Source: Myxococcota bacterium
GTDB lineage: Bacteria > Myxococcota > JACRCW01
Direction: 5' to 3'
Assembly: GCA_040752415.1 (NCBI GenBank)
Contig: JBFMGU010000098.1
Coordinates: 1 to 36,256 of the forward strand
Length of the DNA: 36,256 nt
Positions 27,401 through 35,900 of the stretch are shown here, piece by piece. A program made the position numbers and the translations under genes. How positions within the stretch are numbered: the first letter of the stretch is position 1; each line of letters begins with the position of its first letter. The notes beneath the pieces were generated by a model that saw only the letters and a program-made list of their open reading frames with translations, had not been told where the DNA came from and made no database searches.

Positions 27401-27646
27401 GATGGGACCACCTGGTACGCGTACATGGAAGGCAACCGCACCAAGATGATCCTCCCCAAGTTCCCCGAGTTCCCGACGGAGGAGAACGCTCCGCCGAACA
27501 TGCCGGCCGGCGGCGTGAGCGCGCAGCTGGAAGCCGTCTACGTGCCCGGCTTCGACTACAACAACTGGTCCTACCTGGAGCTGTGGGGTCTCGCCCGTCG
27601 GTCCTGGAGCGACATGACCTTCCGCTTCATCAACTCCGGCAACTGA
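24431..27646 (+). CDS. IPT/TIG repeat lipoprotein with poly-Pro linker and C-terminal beta-rich region
   Basis: Lipobox LAAC, GGAGG RBS and Ser/Gly-rich N-terminal linker. About six repeats of the type (I/V)xxVxPxxGPxxGGTxVxIxGxGF...PxxxxGxVDVxV...FTY. PSPPSPPPPPPPLPPPP linker. Confidence 0.88.
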   Translation: MLWTRSLVAGALLISLAACADCGGTPGVGGDDGGTGGVTVSSSSSSSSGGVGTSSSSSSSGGTSSGDGGVGDGGVGDGGEPTVLITSVDPGFGTVQGGCNNTPIPPPPCRVTIRGAGFTAPGETNELLFGGNPATGIIRVSDTVLTAFLPTAAGPGAVDVSVTNPRGTFTLPEGFTYIDAVRVDSIDPAVVPTTGGTTVTINGVGFQTVEAVLLGSRSATGLVVAEDGNSLTVVTPPHVAGRVDVELVSQYGTSKMLLGLRYVAPVTITRVDPAVGPLAGDNVVSVHGTGFSETTVVTFGGQAARVVDFVGEDELRVAVPAGSAAGTVDVVVSEPTINSVATLADGYGYLADGAAPQLTVVAPNMGPVEGGTEVHLYGVQLQGANLEVRFGTTLADAPQVLSAGHLVVNSPSATAAGAVDVSVTRDGTTLTATGAFTYKALVTLTQLDPAGGPDVGGTPLIISGSNLSDACIFTLGGQVLDVLVSDPSTATSSAPPGSAGSVDLEVTCPDAGSAILKDAYTYDSALQILGVEPIRGAMAGGTYVLVRGTGFASGPNLKVLFDASEAINVNVVSDNLLTAYTPSHGPGAVDVKVTLGQQTSTRTRAFTYYDPSAIVGGVKGGAINGSVNITAIDIVFGFPIPEALAVLGTETGAEYTGFTDMRGQVTLSGPDVFGQQTVTVAHCNYSYVTLGGVNASDITVYMFPMMPPRCGTPSPPSPPPPPPPLPPPPVISGKVTGFAKELFDPANLGPNEVAAAFVTHTWPSPFSYPPAQWQMASSQIVFVEGGQYVIPAAWRTGPMAIIGIAGIYNVETGEFFATQIGFNRGLIADLGGVYENRDVELTIPLTKRLTIQFPDAPYDQIRALSPGVGVGNILIPYLNLGGEGAHPVYGWERQGSDELEFTLENFAEAPGDLFTFIARYLSLTETNLPYSTVLQDGEGPLGPAIALSPLMGFPELLSPTENGVMEGRVFRIKPMVGTQPSFYELTFSTLDGTTWYAYMEGNRTKMILPKFPEFPTEENAPPNMPAGGVSAQLEAVYVPGFDYNNWSYLELWGLARRSWSDMTFRFINSGN

Positions 27647-27714
27647 TCACCCGCGGACCCGTTGGTCGACTGATTCACCCATCAGCCCGTTGCCCTCCCG
27701 GCGGGACTCCTGTA

Positions 27715-27730
27715 TTGACTCGCGAGTCAA
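27715..27730. promoter_or_regulatory. Perfect 16-bp palindrome, candidate repressor operator
   Basis: TTGACTCGCGAGTCAA, 14 bp upstream of the acyl-CoA dehydrogenase ATG. It overlaps a possible -10 box (TTGCCC 27690-27695, 17 bp, TATTGA 27713-27718). Confidence 0.65.
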
Positions 27731-27744
27731 CGCGGGAGCTTCCC

Positions 27745-28929
27745 ATGGGTCACAGCATCTACACCGAAGAGCACGAGTCGCTGCGTCGCAACGTCCGGCA
27801 GTTCCTTGAGCGCGAGGTGGTCCCGCTCAAGAAGCAGCTGGAGACGGAGGGACAGACCCCCAAGAGCGTTTGGCGACGCATGGGCGAGATGGGCATCCTG
27901 GGCCCCTGCTACCCCGAGAAGTACGGCGGCTCCGGCGGCGACTTCCTCACCGCGTGCGTCATTGCGGAGGAGATCACCCGCTGCCCGGTGAGCGGCTTTG
28001 GCATGGGCCCCATGGTCCACAGCGAGATGGCCACGCCCCCCATCTTCTTCATGGGCACCGAGGAGCAGCGTCAGAAGTTCCTGGCTCCGGCCATCCGCGG
28101 GGAGCGCATCACGTCGCTGGGAATCAGTGAGCCCAATGCCGGCTCCGACGTGGCCGCCATCCGCACCACCGCCAAACGCGACGGTGACCACTACGTCATC
28201 AACGGCTCCAAGTGCTTCATCACCAACGGCACCGTCTGCGACCAGGTGGTCCTCGCCGTGAAGACCGACCCGCACGCCGAGCCCGCGCACGCGGGGGTGA
28301 GCCTGATCGTCGTCGAGAAGGGGACGCCGGGGTTCAAGGTGGGTCGCAAGCTGGAGAAGATTGGCTGCCTGGCCTCCGACACCTCCGAGCTGTTCTTCGA
28401 GGATTGTCGCGCCCCCGCGGCCAACCTGCTGGGCGGTGAGGGGATGGGCTTCGTGGCCATCATGCGCAACTTCCAGCGTGAGCGCCTCATTGCCGCCGTC
28501 AGCTTCGCCGAGGGAGCGCGGGAGGCGCTGGAGATGGCCGTCAACTACGCACGGGAGCGCAAGGCCTTCGGGAAACCCATCAGCAAGCACCAGACCGTGC
28601 GACACCTCCTCGTGGAGATGGCCACCGAGGTGGAGATCGTCCAGTCCTACGTGCACCAGCTGTGCAAGCGCTTTGCGGGCAGCGGCAATGACGCCGTGGC
28701 GGAAGGTGAAGGCGGTGAGGACCTGACCCGCGAGATCAGCATGGCCAAGTACAAGGCCGCCGAGCTGAGCGAGTGGGTCACCGACCGCGCGCTGCAGGTC
28801 CATGGCGGCTGGGGCTACATGAAGGAATTCCCGATCAGTCAGGCGTTCCTGGACGCCCGGGCAGGGACGCTGGCCGGCGGAACCACGGAAATCATGAAGG
28901 AGATCATCGGGAAGTACATGGGTCTGTGA
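27745..28929 (+). CDS. Acyl-CoA dehydrogenase (long/branched-chain type, catalytic Glu in helix G)
   Basis: SLGISEPNAGSDVAAIRTTA, INGSKCFITNG, LEKIG...SDTSELFFED, RKAFGKPI and ALQVHGGWGYMKE. NFQRERL supplies the Glu, while the J-K loop reads LAGGTTE rather than YEGT. GGGAG RBS. Confidence 0.96.
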   Translation: MGHSIYTEEHESLRRNVRQFLEREVVPLKKQLETEGQTPKSVWRRMGEMGILGPCYPEKYGGSGGDFLTACVIAEEITRCPVSGFGMGPMVHSEMATPPIFFMGTEEQRQKFLAPAIRGERITSLGISEPNAGSDVAAIRTTAKRDGDHYVINGSKCFITNGTVCDQVVLAVKTDPHAEPAHAGVSLIVVEKGTPGFKVGRKLEKIGCLASDTSELFFEDCRAPAANLLGGEGMGFVAIMRNFQRERLIAAVSFAEGAREALEMAVNYARERKAFGKPISKHQTVRHLLVEMATEVEIVQSYVHQLCKRFAGSGNDAVAEGEGGEDLTREISMAKYKAAELSEWVTDRALQVHGGWGYMKEFPISQAFLDARAGTLAGGTTEIMKEIIGKYMGL

Positions 28930-28957
28930 CGGGCTGCGCCAGAAACAAGGTGCCCAT

Positions 28958-29204
28958 CGGGATTGCAGACGTCGTCACCGGACCACGACCTGGAGTGCGG
29001 CGGGCCCTCGCCGCCCTGGCCAGCGCCGAGCATGTTTTCGCACCCGCCGACGGTCCACCACACGCGGCCGCCGCGCATTCCCCCGTCGTCGCGGAGGCCC
29101 GGGCGCCGCAGTCAGTGCCGCTGAACACGCACTCGGCGCTGGCCAGGGCGGCGAGGGCCCGCCGCACTCCAGGTCGTAGCCCGCTGACGACGTCTGCAAC
29201 CCCG
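28958..29204. repeat. Long intergenic inverted repeat (MITE/REPIN-like element or structured RNA)
   Basis: Perfect 46-bp arms at 28985-29030 and 29132-29177, extending with four mismatches out to 28958/29204. About 100 bp spacer. Confidence 0.9.
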
Positions 29205-29397
29205 CTGGCATTCTGCGCTCGCGCAGGCCGCGATCAGGCGTACGCTGCTCCCAGCGGAACGGGCAGATGCGGTGACGCCAACGCCCGTCCGTGGACCCGT
29301 CAGTAGGCTGAGTGACCTACGACATTTTTCTGCCGATGATACCTCCGCCCACTTGAGGCATGGTGCGCGCCTCTCACGTGGCCAGGAGGATTGGCAG

Positions 29398-31755
29398 ATG
29401 GTGTCCCGCAAGCAGATCACCCCGGTTGCCTTGTTGTTCCTTGCCGCGGCGTGCGCCCAGCAGGCGAACACGCCCACGCGCCTCAGCGGTACCAGCCCCC
29501 TGGTCGAGACGTTCGTGCGCGCGGCGTCCGAGGCGGACGTGCCGGCGGATTTCCTGGCGGCGTGGTCGCACCTGGAGACGCGCTTCCAGCTGCCGGAGCA
29601 TCACGAGCACACCGGTGAAGAGGACGCGCACGGCCCGCGCTCCTACGGCGTCATGGGCCTCACCGACGACCAGATTGCCCGCGCCACCGCCCTCACCGGC
29701 GACGCCGAGGACACCATCCGTCACGACGTCACCGCCAATGTGCGCGCCGCCGCGTTCCTCCTGCGCAACGCCGCCGACACCCACGGCCGCATCGAGGGCA
29801 ACCTCACCGCGGGCAGCAGCCCCGTGGCGTGGGCGGATGCCATGGCGGATGGTCGCGGGATTCCGCATGCGTCCATGAAGGATGCGTACACGCGCATGGT
29901 GGCCCGCGTGGTGGGCAACGGCCTCACCGGCACGGATGGGGACGGGCTCACCATTGTCCTCGAGGGTCGTGGTGAGGTGCGCATTCCCGCCCGCACCGTG
30001 ATCCACAATGACCTGGACCCGCAGGATCCCTACAGCGCGCGCTACGTGCAGGCGGCGCACTACACCAGTGGTCGCAGCGGGCAGGACATTGACATGGTGG
30101 TCATCCACACCATGCAGGGCAGCTACTCCGGCAGTGTGAGCTGGTTCCAGAACCCGGACTCCGCCGCCAGCGCGCACTACTGCATCAACTCCGAGGACGG
30201 CGAGATCACGCAGATGGTTCGCCTGGAGAACACCGCGTGGCACGCTGGGCACGGCACCACCAACCGCCGCTCCGTCGGCATCGAGCATGAGGGTTACATC
30301 GCCGACCCGGGCCGCTGGTACACCGACGTGATGTACGAGAAGAGCGCGCAGCTCACGCGCTGGCTCGCCGACCGCTACAACATCCCCATCGACCGCCAGC
30401 ACATCATCGGCCACCGCGAGGTGCCGGGTTGCTCGTCGGGCGGGGGCGGCGGAGCCAGCTGCCACACCGACCCGGGCACCGGCTGGGACTGGACGCGTTT
30501 CATGGACCTGGTGCGCAACGGCAGCGGCGGCGGCTCGTCCTCGTCGACCAGCAGCAGCGGCGGCACGGGCAGCGGGATGCAGTTGGTGGGCGTGACCTAC
30601 GACGCCAGCCAGGGCACCACCGCGCGCATTGCCGGCGCCACCGTCACCGTCTCGCAGAACGGCAACAACGTGGCCACCGCCACCAGCAGCAGCACGGGGT
30701 TCTGGTCGTTTGACCTTGGCGCGGGCACGTACACCATCAGCGCTTCCGCCAGCGGGTTCCAGACCGCCACGCGCGACGGCACGGTGAGCACGGCGGGCCA
30801 GAACTGGGCATCCATTGGCCTGACCCCCGGCACGCCCGCTCCGCAGGTGGGCACCTACCGCGGCGTCATCTACAGCGGCCCCAACCTCGGCGACGACCCC
30901 GTGGAGGGCGCCACCGTGACGCTGTCCACCGGACAGACCGGCACCACCAGCGCCACCGGCTCCTTCATGTTCGACAACGTCCCGGTGGGCACCTTCACCG
31001 CCACGGCGACGAAGGAGGGCTACACCTCCGCGTCCGTGACCCGCACCGTCACCACCGCCGGTGAGGTGGTCTGGGGCTCCATGCGCATCGAGGTGGAGAC
31101 ACCGGAGCAGCCGCAGGGCCCGGGCACGCCCAGCCCCATCTCGCCCTCCGCGGGCGCGGTGGTGGACGGCGCGAATGTGATCCTGACCTGGAGCCGCGTG
31201 ACCGACCCCGCCAACGCCGACGTGGCGTACGACGTGGAGGTCTACCTGGACAGCATCAGCGGCGCGCCGCTGCTCACCCAGGGCACCGCGCAGCCGGCCG
31301 GCTCCCCCGTGACGCTGTCCCTCGCCGCGCCGCTGGAGGCGGGCAACTACGCGTGGCGCGTGCGTGCGCGCAGCATCAACGGCACCAGCGCGTGGTCGGA
31401 TGGCGCCACGTTCGCGGTGGAGGCCAGCAGCGGCACGTCCACCAGCTCCAGCGCGGGCGGTCCCAGCACCTCGTCCACCTCGTCCACCTCGTCGAGTTCG
31501 TCTTCCAGCTCCACGTCCGGCGGCGGCTCCACCTCCAGCGGCGAGGTGGGCCCGGGCACGTCCTCCACCAGCGGTGGCGGCGGAAACAGCGGCGGTGGCG
31601 GTGGCGTGCAGAACCCGCCCGCCGACAACGGCAGCGCGGGCGACGGAACCAGCGACGGTGGCTGCTCCGCCTCCCACGCCCCGACGAGCGGCGTGCCCTT
31701 CGTGGGTGCCTCCCTGCTGCTGCTGGGCCTGATGGCGCGTCGTCGCCGTCGCTGA
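29398..31755 (+). CDS. N-acetylmuramoyl-L-alanine amidase (Amidase_2) with lysozyme-like N-domain, carboxypeptidase-regulatory-like and FN3-like domains, and MYXO-CTERM
   Basis: AGGAGG RBS and lipobox LAAAC. Amidase motifs VVIHTMQG, SAHY, AWHAG, SVGIEHEG, IIGHREV and HTDPG-x-GWDW. C-terminal GGCSA...hydrophobic...RRRRR. Confidence 0.92.
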   Translation: MVSRKQITPVALLFLAAACAQQANTPTRLSGTSPLVETFVRAASEADVPADFLAAWSHLETRFQLPEHHEHTGEEDAHGPRSYGVMGLTDDQIARATALTGDAEDTIRHDVTANVRAAAFLLRNAADTHGRIEGNLTAGSSPVAWADAMADGRGIPHASMKDAYTRMVARVVGNGLTGTDGDGLTIVLEGRGEVRIPARTVIHNDLDPQDPYSARYVQAAHYTSGRSGQDIDMVVIHTMQGSYSGSVSWFQNPDSAASAHYCINSEDGEITQMVRLENTAWHAGHGTTNRRSVGIEHEGYIADPGRWYTDVMYEKSAQLTRWLADRYNIPIDRQHIIGHREVPGCSSGGGGGASCHTDPGTGWDWTRFMDLVRNGSGGGSSSSTSSSGGTGSGMQLVGVTYDASQGTTARIAGATVTVSQNGNNVATATSSSTGFWSFDLGAGTYTISASASGFQTATRDGTVSTAGQNWASIGLTPGTPAPQVGTYRGVIYSGPNLGDDPVEGATVTLSTGQTGTTSATGSFMFDNVPVGTFTATATKEGYTSASVTRTVTTAGEVVWGSMRIEVETPEQPQGPGTPSPISPSAGAVVDGANVILTWSRVTDPANADVAYDVEVYLDSISGAPLLTQGTAQPAGSPVTLSLAAPLEAGNYAWRVRARSINGTSAWSDGATFAVEASSGTSTSSSAGGPSTSSTSSTSSSSSSSSTSGGGSTSSGEVGPGTSSTSGGGGNSGGGGGVQNPPADNGSAGDGTSDGGCSASHAPTSGVPFVGASLLLLGLMARRRRR

Positions 31756-31781
31756 ACGGCACGTGTGGTAGGTGCGTGGTG

Positions 31782-32909
31782 ATGCCGCGCGCCCTGCTTG
31801 TCCTCACGCTCCTGCTCCTTCCCGCGGCGGTGCACGCTGCCGCCCCGTGTCGACGCCTGCCCCTGGAGCGCCCCCTGCGCGGCGCCACCATGGTGCACCT
31901 GGACGACGCCTCCGACGACAACCTGGCCAACGACGGACTGCGCGGCTACGGCACGGAGAGCGCGGCGGGGATGCTGCGTCGCTTGCGCGGCGTGGGGCTG
32001 ACGTTGGTCTCCCTGATGGCGCTGGGGCACCTGGACCACGCGCGCGACACCACCGTCCGCGACGAGCGCGCCGACCCCGGCAAGGCCAACGACGCCACGC
32101 TGCTGGCCACCATGGCCACCGCCCACCACGAGGGGCTGGCCGTGCTGCTGGTGCCGCACCTCTGGCTGGCCGACGGGGAATGGCGCGGTCGCATCACGCA
32201 CCCCCAGGGGCCGGACGCCGACGCGTTCTTCCAGAGCTACGGCGACTTCGTGGAGCACGTGGCGCAAGTGGCGGAGCAGGGTTGCGCGGAGGCGCTGAGC
32301 ATTGGCGTGGAGCTGAAGGGGCTGAGCACCGTGCCGGCGCACCGGGCGCGCTTCCGCGACGTCATCTCGCGCGTGCGCGCGGCGTTCAAGGGACTGGTCA
32401 CCTACAGCGCCAACTGGGATGAGCTGCCGGACGTCACCTTCCTGGCCGAGCTCGACGTGGCGGGCGTCAACGCGTTCTGGCCGCTGCACCAGCGTCCCGG
32501 CGCCGGCGCCGACGAGCTGCACGCGGGAGCGCAGAGCGTGGCGCGCACGTTGGCGGAGGTGCACCGCAAGAGCGGCAAGCGCATCCTGCTGACGGAGTTT
32601 GGCTACAAGAGCGTGAAGGACAGCGCGGTGCGGCCGTGGGAGTGGCCCGGGGAGGCCAAGGTGGACGCGCTCCCCGGCGACGAGGGCTACCAGGCGCTTG
32701 CCTACGCGGCACTCCTGGGAGCGGTGGCGCCCGCGCCGTGGCTCGAGGGGGTGGTGGTGTGGTTCGTCCCCAGCGACGAGAAGGACCCGCACCGGGAGGG
32801 TCGCTGGGAGGGCCCCAACGGGTTCAGCCCGCTTGGCAAGCGCGCGGAGGCCGTGTTGCGTGCGTTCTGTGCGGGAGAGGGCTGGCGCCAGAAAGCACGA
32901 CGGAAGTGA
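31782..32909 (+). CDS. Glycoside hydrolase, GH113-like TIM barrel, exported
   Basis: Signal peptide. PHLW...WRGRI, FFQSY, SIGVEL (acid/base Glu), VTYSANWDE, LDVAGVNAFWPL, ILLTEFGY (nucleophile Glu) and FSPLGKRAE match the GH113 pattern. Confidence 0.8.
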   Translation: MPRALLVLTLLLLPAAVHAAAPCRRLPLERPLRGATMVHLDDASDDNLANDGLRGYGTESAAGMLRRLRGVGLTLVSLMALGHLDHARDTTVRDERADPGKANDATLLATMATAHHEGLAVLLVPHLWLADGEWRGRITHPQGPDADAFFQSYGDFVEHVAQVAEQGCAEALSIGVELKGLSTVPAHRARFRDVISRVRAAFKGLVTYSANWDELPDVTFLAELDVAGVNAFWPLHQRPGAGADELHAGAQSVARTLAEVHRKSGKRILLTEFGYKSVKDSAVRPWEWPGEAKVDALPGDEGYQALAYAALLGAVAPAPWLEGVVVWFVPSDEKDPHREGRWEGPNGFSPLGKRAEAVLRAFCAGEGWRQKARRK

Positions 32910-32912
32910 CGC

Positions 32913-35900
32913 TCAGTTGCCGCCCTTCATGTCGGAGATCTTGTCGCGCAGGTCGTCGTTCTCCGGGTCCTCACGGTTGACCCGCATGTGCGACTGCCAC
33001 GCCTCGATGGCCTTCTTGTGGAACTTGGCGCCCAGCGCCTCATAGCTGTAGCCCAGCCACTTCCACGCTTCCTTGTGCGAGGGCTTCTGCTCCACGCACT
33101 TCTCGTACATCTTCACCGCTTCCTTGTTCTTGGTGTCGTTGCGGTACACGTCGCCCAGCTTGCAGTACGCGTCGGTGAGCGTGGGGTCCTGCTGGATGGC
33201 CCGCAGGTACTCCTGCTGCGCGGGCTTGTAGTTGCCCACGTCCGCGTGCGCCTTGGCGATGTTGAGGCGGATGTACGCCTTGCTGGGCATCTTCTGCAGC
33301 GCCAGCTCGAACTGCTCCCGCGCTTCATTGTGCCGCGCCTGCTCCACGAGACACTTGCCCAGGTCAAAATACGCCTCGCCGTTGGAGGGGTCCTTCTGGA
33401 TGGCGGCGCGCAGGTACTGGATGGCGTCAATGAACTGACCTTCATTGGCCAACGTGCGCCCCATCTCGTGGTCAAACCGACCATCCTCCGGCGCCAGCTC
33501 GGTGCCGCGCGTGAAGAGGCTCTTGGCCTTTTCCGGGTCCGTCTTCCGGATGGCCAGACCCATCCAGTAGAACACGTCGGGGTTGTTGGGCCCCAGGCTC
33601 TGCGCCGTCTTGAGGAACTCCAGCGCGCCGGTCTGGTCACCCTTGCTGAAGGTGGCCGCGCCCATGCGCACGTAATAGTCGTCCTCCTTGGGCGAGATGC
33701 CGATGGCCTGCTGGAAGTAGTCGATGGCGCGCTCGTACTGGCCCTGCGAGTGGAAGTAGCTGCCCATCTCCGCCAGGATCATCGCGTTGCGCGGGTCGTC
33801 GGCGAGCGCTTCCTGCAGCTGCTTGCGTGCCGAATCGAACTTGCCGGCGTCCCGCAGCGCCGCACCGTACCAGGCCCGTGCCTCGTAGTGCCCCGGAGCC
33901 GCGTCCAGCGCCGCCTCGAACTCCTTGAAGGCGAGCGGGAGGTTGCGCTGCTTCACGTAGACCTGCGCCAGCATGGCGCGCAGCCAGGGCTCCTCCTCGG
34001 GCGCCACGCGACCGCGCGCCTCCTGCAGCAGCGTGAGCGCCTCCGCGTACTTCCGCTCCTCCATCTGCAGGCGCGCCAACGCCACCGACGGGTCCGCGCG
34101 CTTGGGGTCCAGCACCTGCGCCTGCTTGTACTGGTTCACCGCGTCGGGCGTCTTGCCCATGGCCTCACTGGCCACGCCGTACCAGTAACGCAGCTTGGCG
34201 CTCTGCGGCTTCTTCTGGGTGGCGTCCTGCAGCTGCTTGAACGCGGTGAGCGCGTCGGTGGCGCCGATCTTGGCGCGGGCACTGCCGATGAGTGCGTCGT
34301 CGTTGTCCGGCTGGCCGGCCAGGACCTCGTCGAAGATCGTGCGGGCCTGGGGCCAGTCGCGCAGGCGCAGGTAGAGCTCACCGGTGCGGAGCTTCAACGA
34401 GAGGTCACCGGGCAGCTCGGAGCTGGCGCCCTTGATGTGCTCGGTGGCTTCCTTGAACTCGCGCTCCGCCAGGGCAATGTCACTGAGCATGACGTGCGCG
34501 TCGGCACGCTGCTGGTTGGTGCCCTTGCTGCCCGCGCTCCCGACGACCGCCTGCAGGTGCTCCTTGGCCGCGCGCCACTTGCGCTTCTTCATCAGGATTT
34601 CGCCGGCCAGCAGGCGGGCGCGCAGGTTGTCCGGGCGCATGGCCACGGCGCGGTCCAGGTAGCCCAGCGCGCTCTCGTCGTCACCGGAGAGGTGCAGCGC
34701 GCGCGCCTGCCCCACGCTGGCCAGGAGGTTGTTGGGCCAGGCAATCATCGCCCAGTCAAAGCGCGGGAGGATCTCCTCGGGCTTGGCGCCCTTCTTCAGC
34801 ATCGCGTAGCCCACGGCGGTCTGCGCGTCGCTCTCGCCCTGGCGCGCAGCGTCGGAGAGGTCCTTCACGTCGGGGGCGGCACTGGAAGCCGCCGCGGTGG
34901 CCGTCTTGAGCGCCTCATCCACGTTGCCCTTGGCCAGCAGCGCAAATGCCTTCACCGCCGCCACCGCCTTGGCATCCGCGCCCGTGGCCTTCTCCAGCAC
35001 CTGCAGGGCCTCGTCGGCCAGGGCGGGCTGGTTGTCCAGGAACGCCGGGAGCGCCAACGCACGCGCCAGCTGAAGGGCCGCGTCGGTGTTGCCACCGTCC
35101 AGGGCCGCGCGGAGCTGCTTCTGCGCCTCCTGGTACGACGCCAGGTTGTCCTCGTTGAGCAGCTGGTCAAGGCTCACGCCGTCGAGGACCGGCTTGGGCT
35201 TGGGCGCTTCCACGACGGGCGTCGGGGCCTCCACGGGCTTGTCGGAAGCAAAAAGGCCGGCGAGCTTCTTGCGACCGAAAGCGCCCACGTCGGGAAACAC
35301 GAACTCCGTGACGACGCCAACGCCCACCACCGAAACAAGTCCCACCGCTCCAATGAGCAGACCGACGGGGAACTTGCCCTTGGTGTCGAGCTGCTTGGTG
35401 GGCTTCTTCTTGAGCTCGGTGGGCTCGTGACGGACGGGCTCGTCCTCCAACGCGCCGGCCAGTCCGCCCGGCGTGGCAGCCAGGTCCAGCCCCGACGACG
35501 TGGCCGCCGCGGGCTTTCCGCCACCCGGGACCGCGGGCAGGTCACCGAGACCGCCCAACGCGCTGGCCATCAGGCGCTGAATCTCCTCGGCAAACACCGG
35601 GATCGACGACAGCGGCTTCCACACCGCGCCGTCCTCACTGGCCTCTTCCGTGCCCGCCAGCTCGTGCGAGCGGAGCATGGCCAGCAGCGTCTCGGTGTCA
35701 TAGGGGCCCACCTGCTTGCCGCTGCGCTTGCGAATGCGAAACGAGTTGCCCTTGCGCGTGCCGCGGTCCGCGGAGGCGGCCTCTCGGTCAATGAAATCCA
35801 GCACGCCCGCGCCCATGGCCGGCGCGGCAGGCGCGGCGGGCGAGGCGGGCGCTGGGCCGACGTGGGAATCACCGTGGAACGGCGTGGACTGCGTGTACTC

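Noticed and set aside
28936..29218. Possible retron msr-msd, DGR or CRISPR interpretation of the fold-back element
   Set aside because: No reverse transcriptase or cas gene, no repeat-spacer periodicity and no TR/VR pair is visible in the window.
28773..29306. Small ORFs on both strands sharing the peptide RRALAALASAE
   Set aside because: These are translations of the inverted-repeat arms, with no RBS or codon bias supporting real genes.
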